From assembly GCF_006345805.1 (NCBI RefSeq), contig NW_021836819.1:1-48696 (forward strand): 48,696 nt of DNA, in the 5' to 3' direction. This document shows positions 48,226-48,696 of the stretch, piece by piece (the first letter of the stretch is position 1; each line of letters starts with the position of its first letter). A program made the translations under genes and the position numbers. The notes beneath the pieces are model-generated. The model did no database searches. It was given only the letters and a program-made list of their open reading frames with translations, and was not told the origin of the DNA. This DNA is from Octopus sinensis (Eukaryota).

Positions 48226-48696
48226 CGTGTAGATCTCTTCGATTTATATTTTCATGCTTTTGTGCCAACATAAGAAATAAACTATAGTTATGTCTATGAG
48301 CCATAGGCGGCCTATAAACATCATATTTACGCTCTTAGTGTCTTCTATCAAAATATATTTCGCTTCTACGAACTAGCAAAATGTGTTCCACATATAGCAC
48401 CATGCGACCACCGATACATTTACCTCTCTGCCGGCCAATATCCATGTCTTTACAATATATCTACAGTATCTCAACTGCGTCTCTGATTATCACAACTCCG
48501 AATATTCACCTCTGCTGCATTTCTACTGCGTCATGACTGCGCATACTCATCTCAACTATATATCTACTGTATTTCTACTGCATCACAACTTCGAATACTC
48601 ACATCTACTGTATTGTGATGGGGGTCTTGGTATGTTCTGGTTTGGCCTAGCGTGTCTTAGCGTGGCGGGCGTGGTGATGAGTGATGAGGCATAATG

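Overview
Repeat-saturated, AT-rich animal genomic DNA. The SINE families and the very dense (TA)n/(TG)n/(TATG)n/(GATA)n microsatellites look like an Octopus-type coleoid cephalopod; this is inferred from recognition, not from a search. There is no intact protein-coding gene, rRNA, tRNA or CRISPR array, and most of the supplied ORF track is translated microsatellite. The real content is a layered set of mobile-element relics. These are a 5'-truncated RTE LINE with a PHD finger inside its RT, four pieces of a Tx1/L1-like LINE beside (GATA/TATC)n or (GACA)n tracts, two R4/Dong-like RLE-LINE fragments, further RTE fragments, a deleted mariner, a Helitron relic and more than 25 copies of four tRNA-type SINE families (labelled A-D here). 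Three candidates for undescribed biology stand out. (1) A set of unrelated type I hammerhead-ribozyme motifs, mostly beside TA tracts. Two of them form head-to-head inverted pairs whose partner copy stops at the same nucleotide of the catalytic core, and one carries a U3-A8 covariation. (2) A Tx1-like LINE that appears to target (TATC)n, whose terminal ~47 nt is shared with one tail variant of SINE-A, a SINE that also occurs as tandem multimers. (3) A possible host-gene promoter and exons on the minus strand near 24 kb. All alignments and structures were made by eye.
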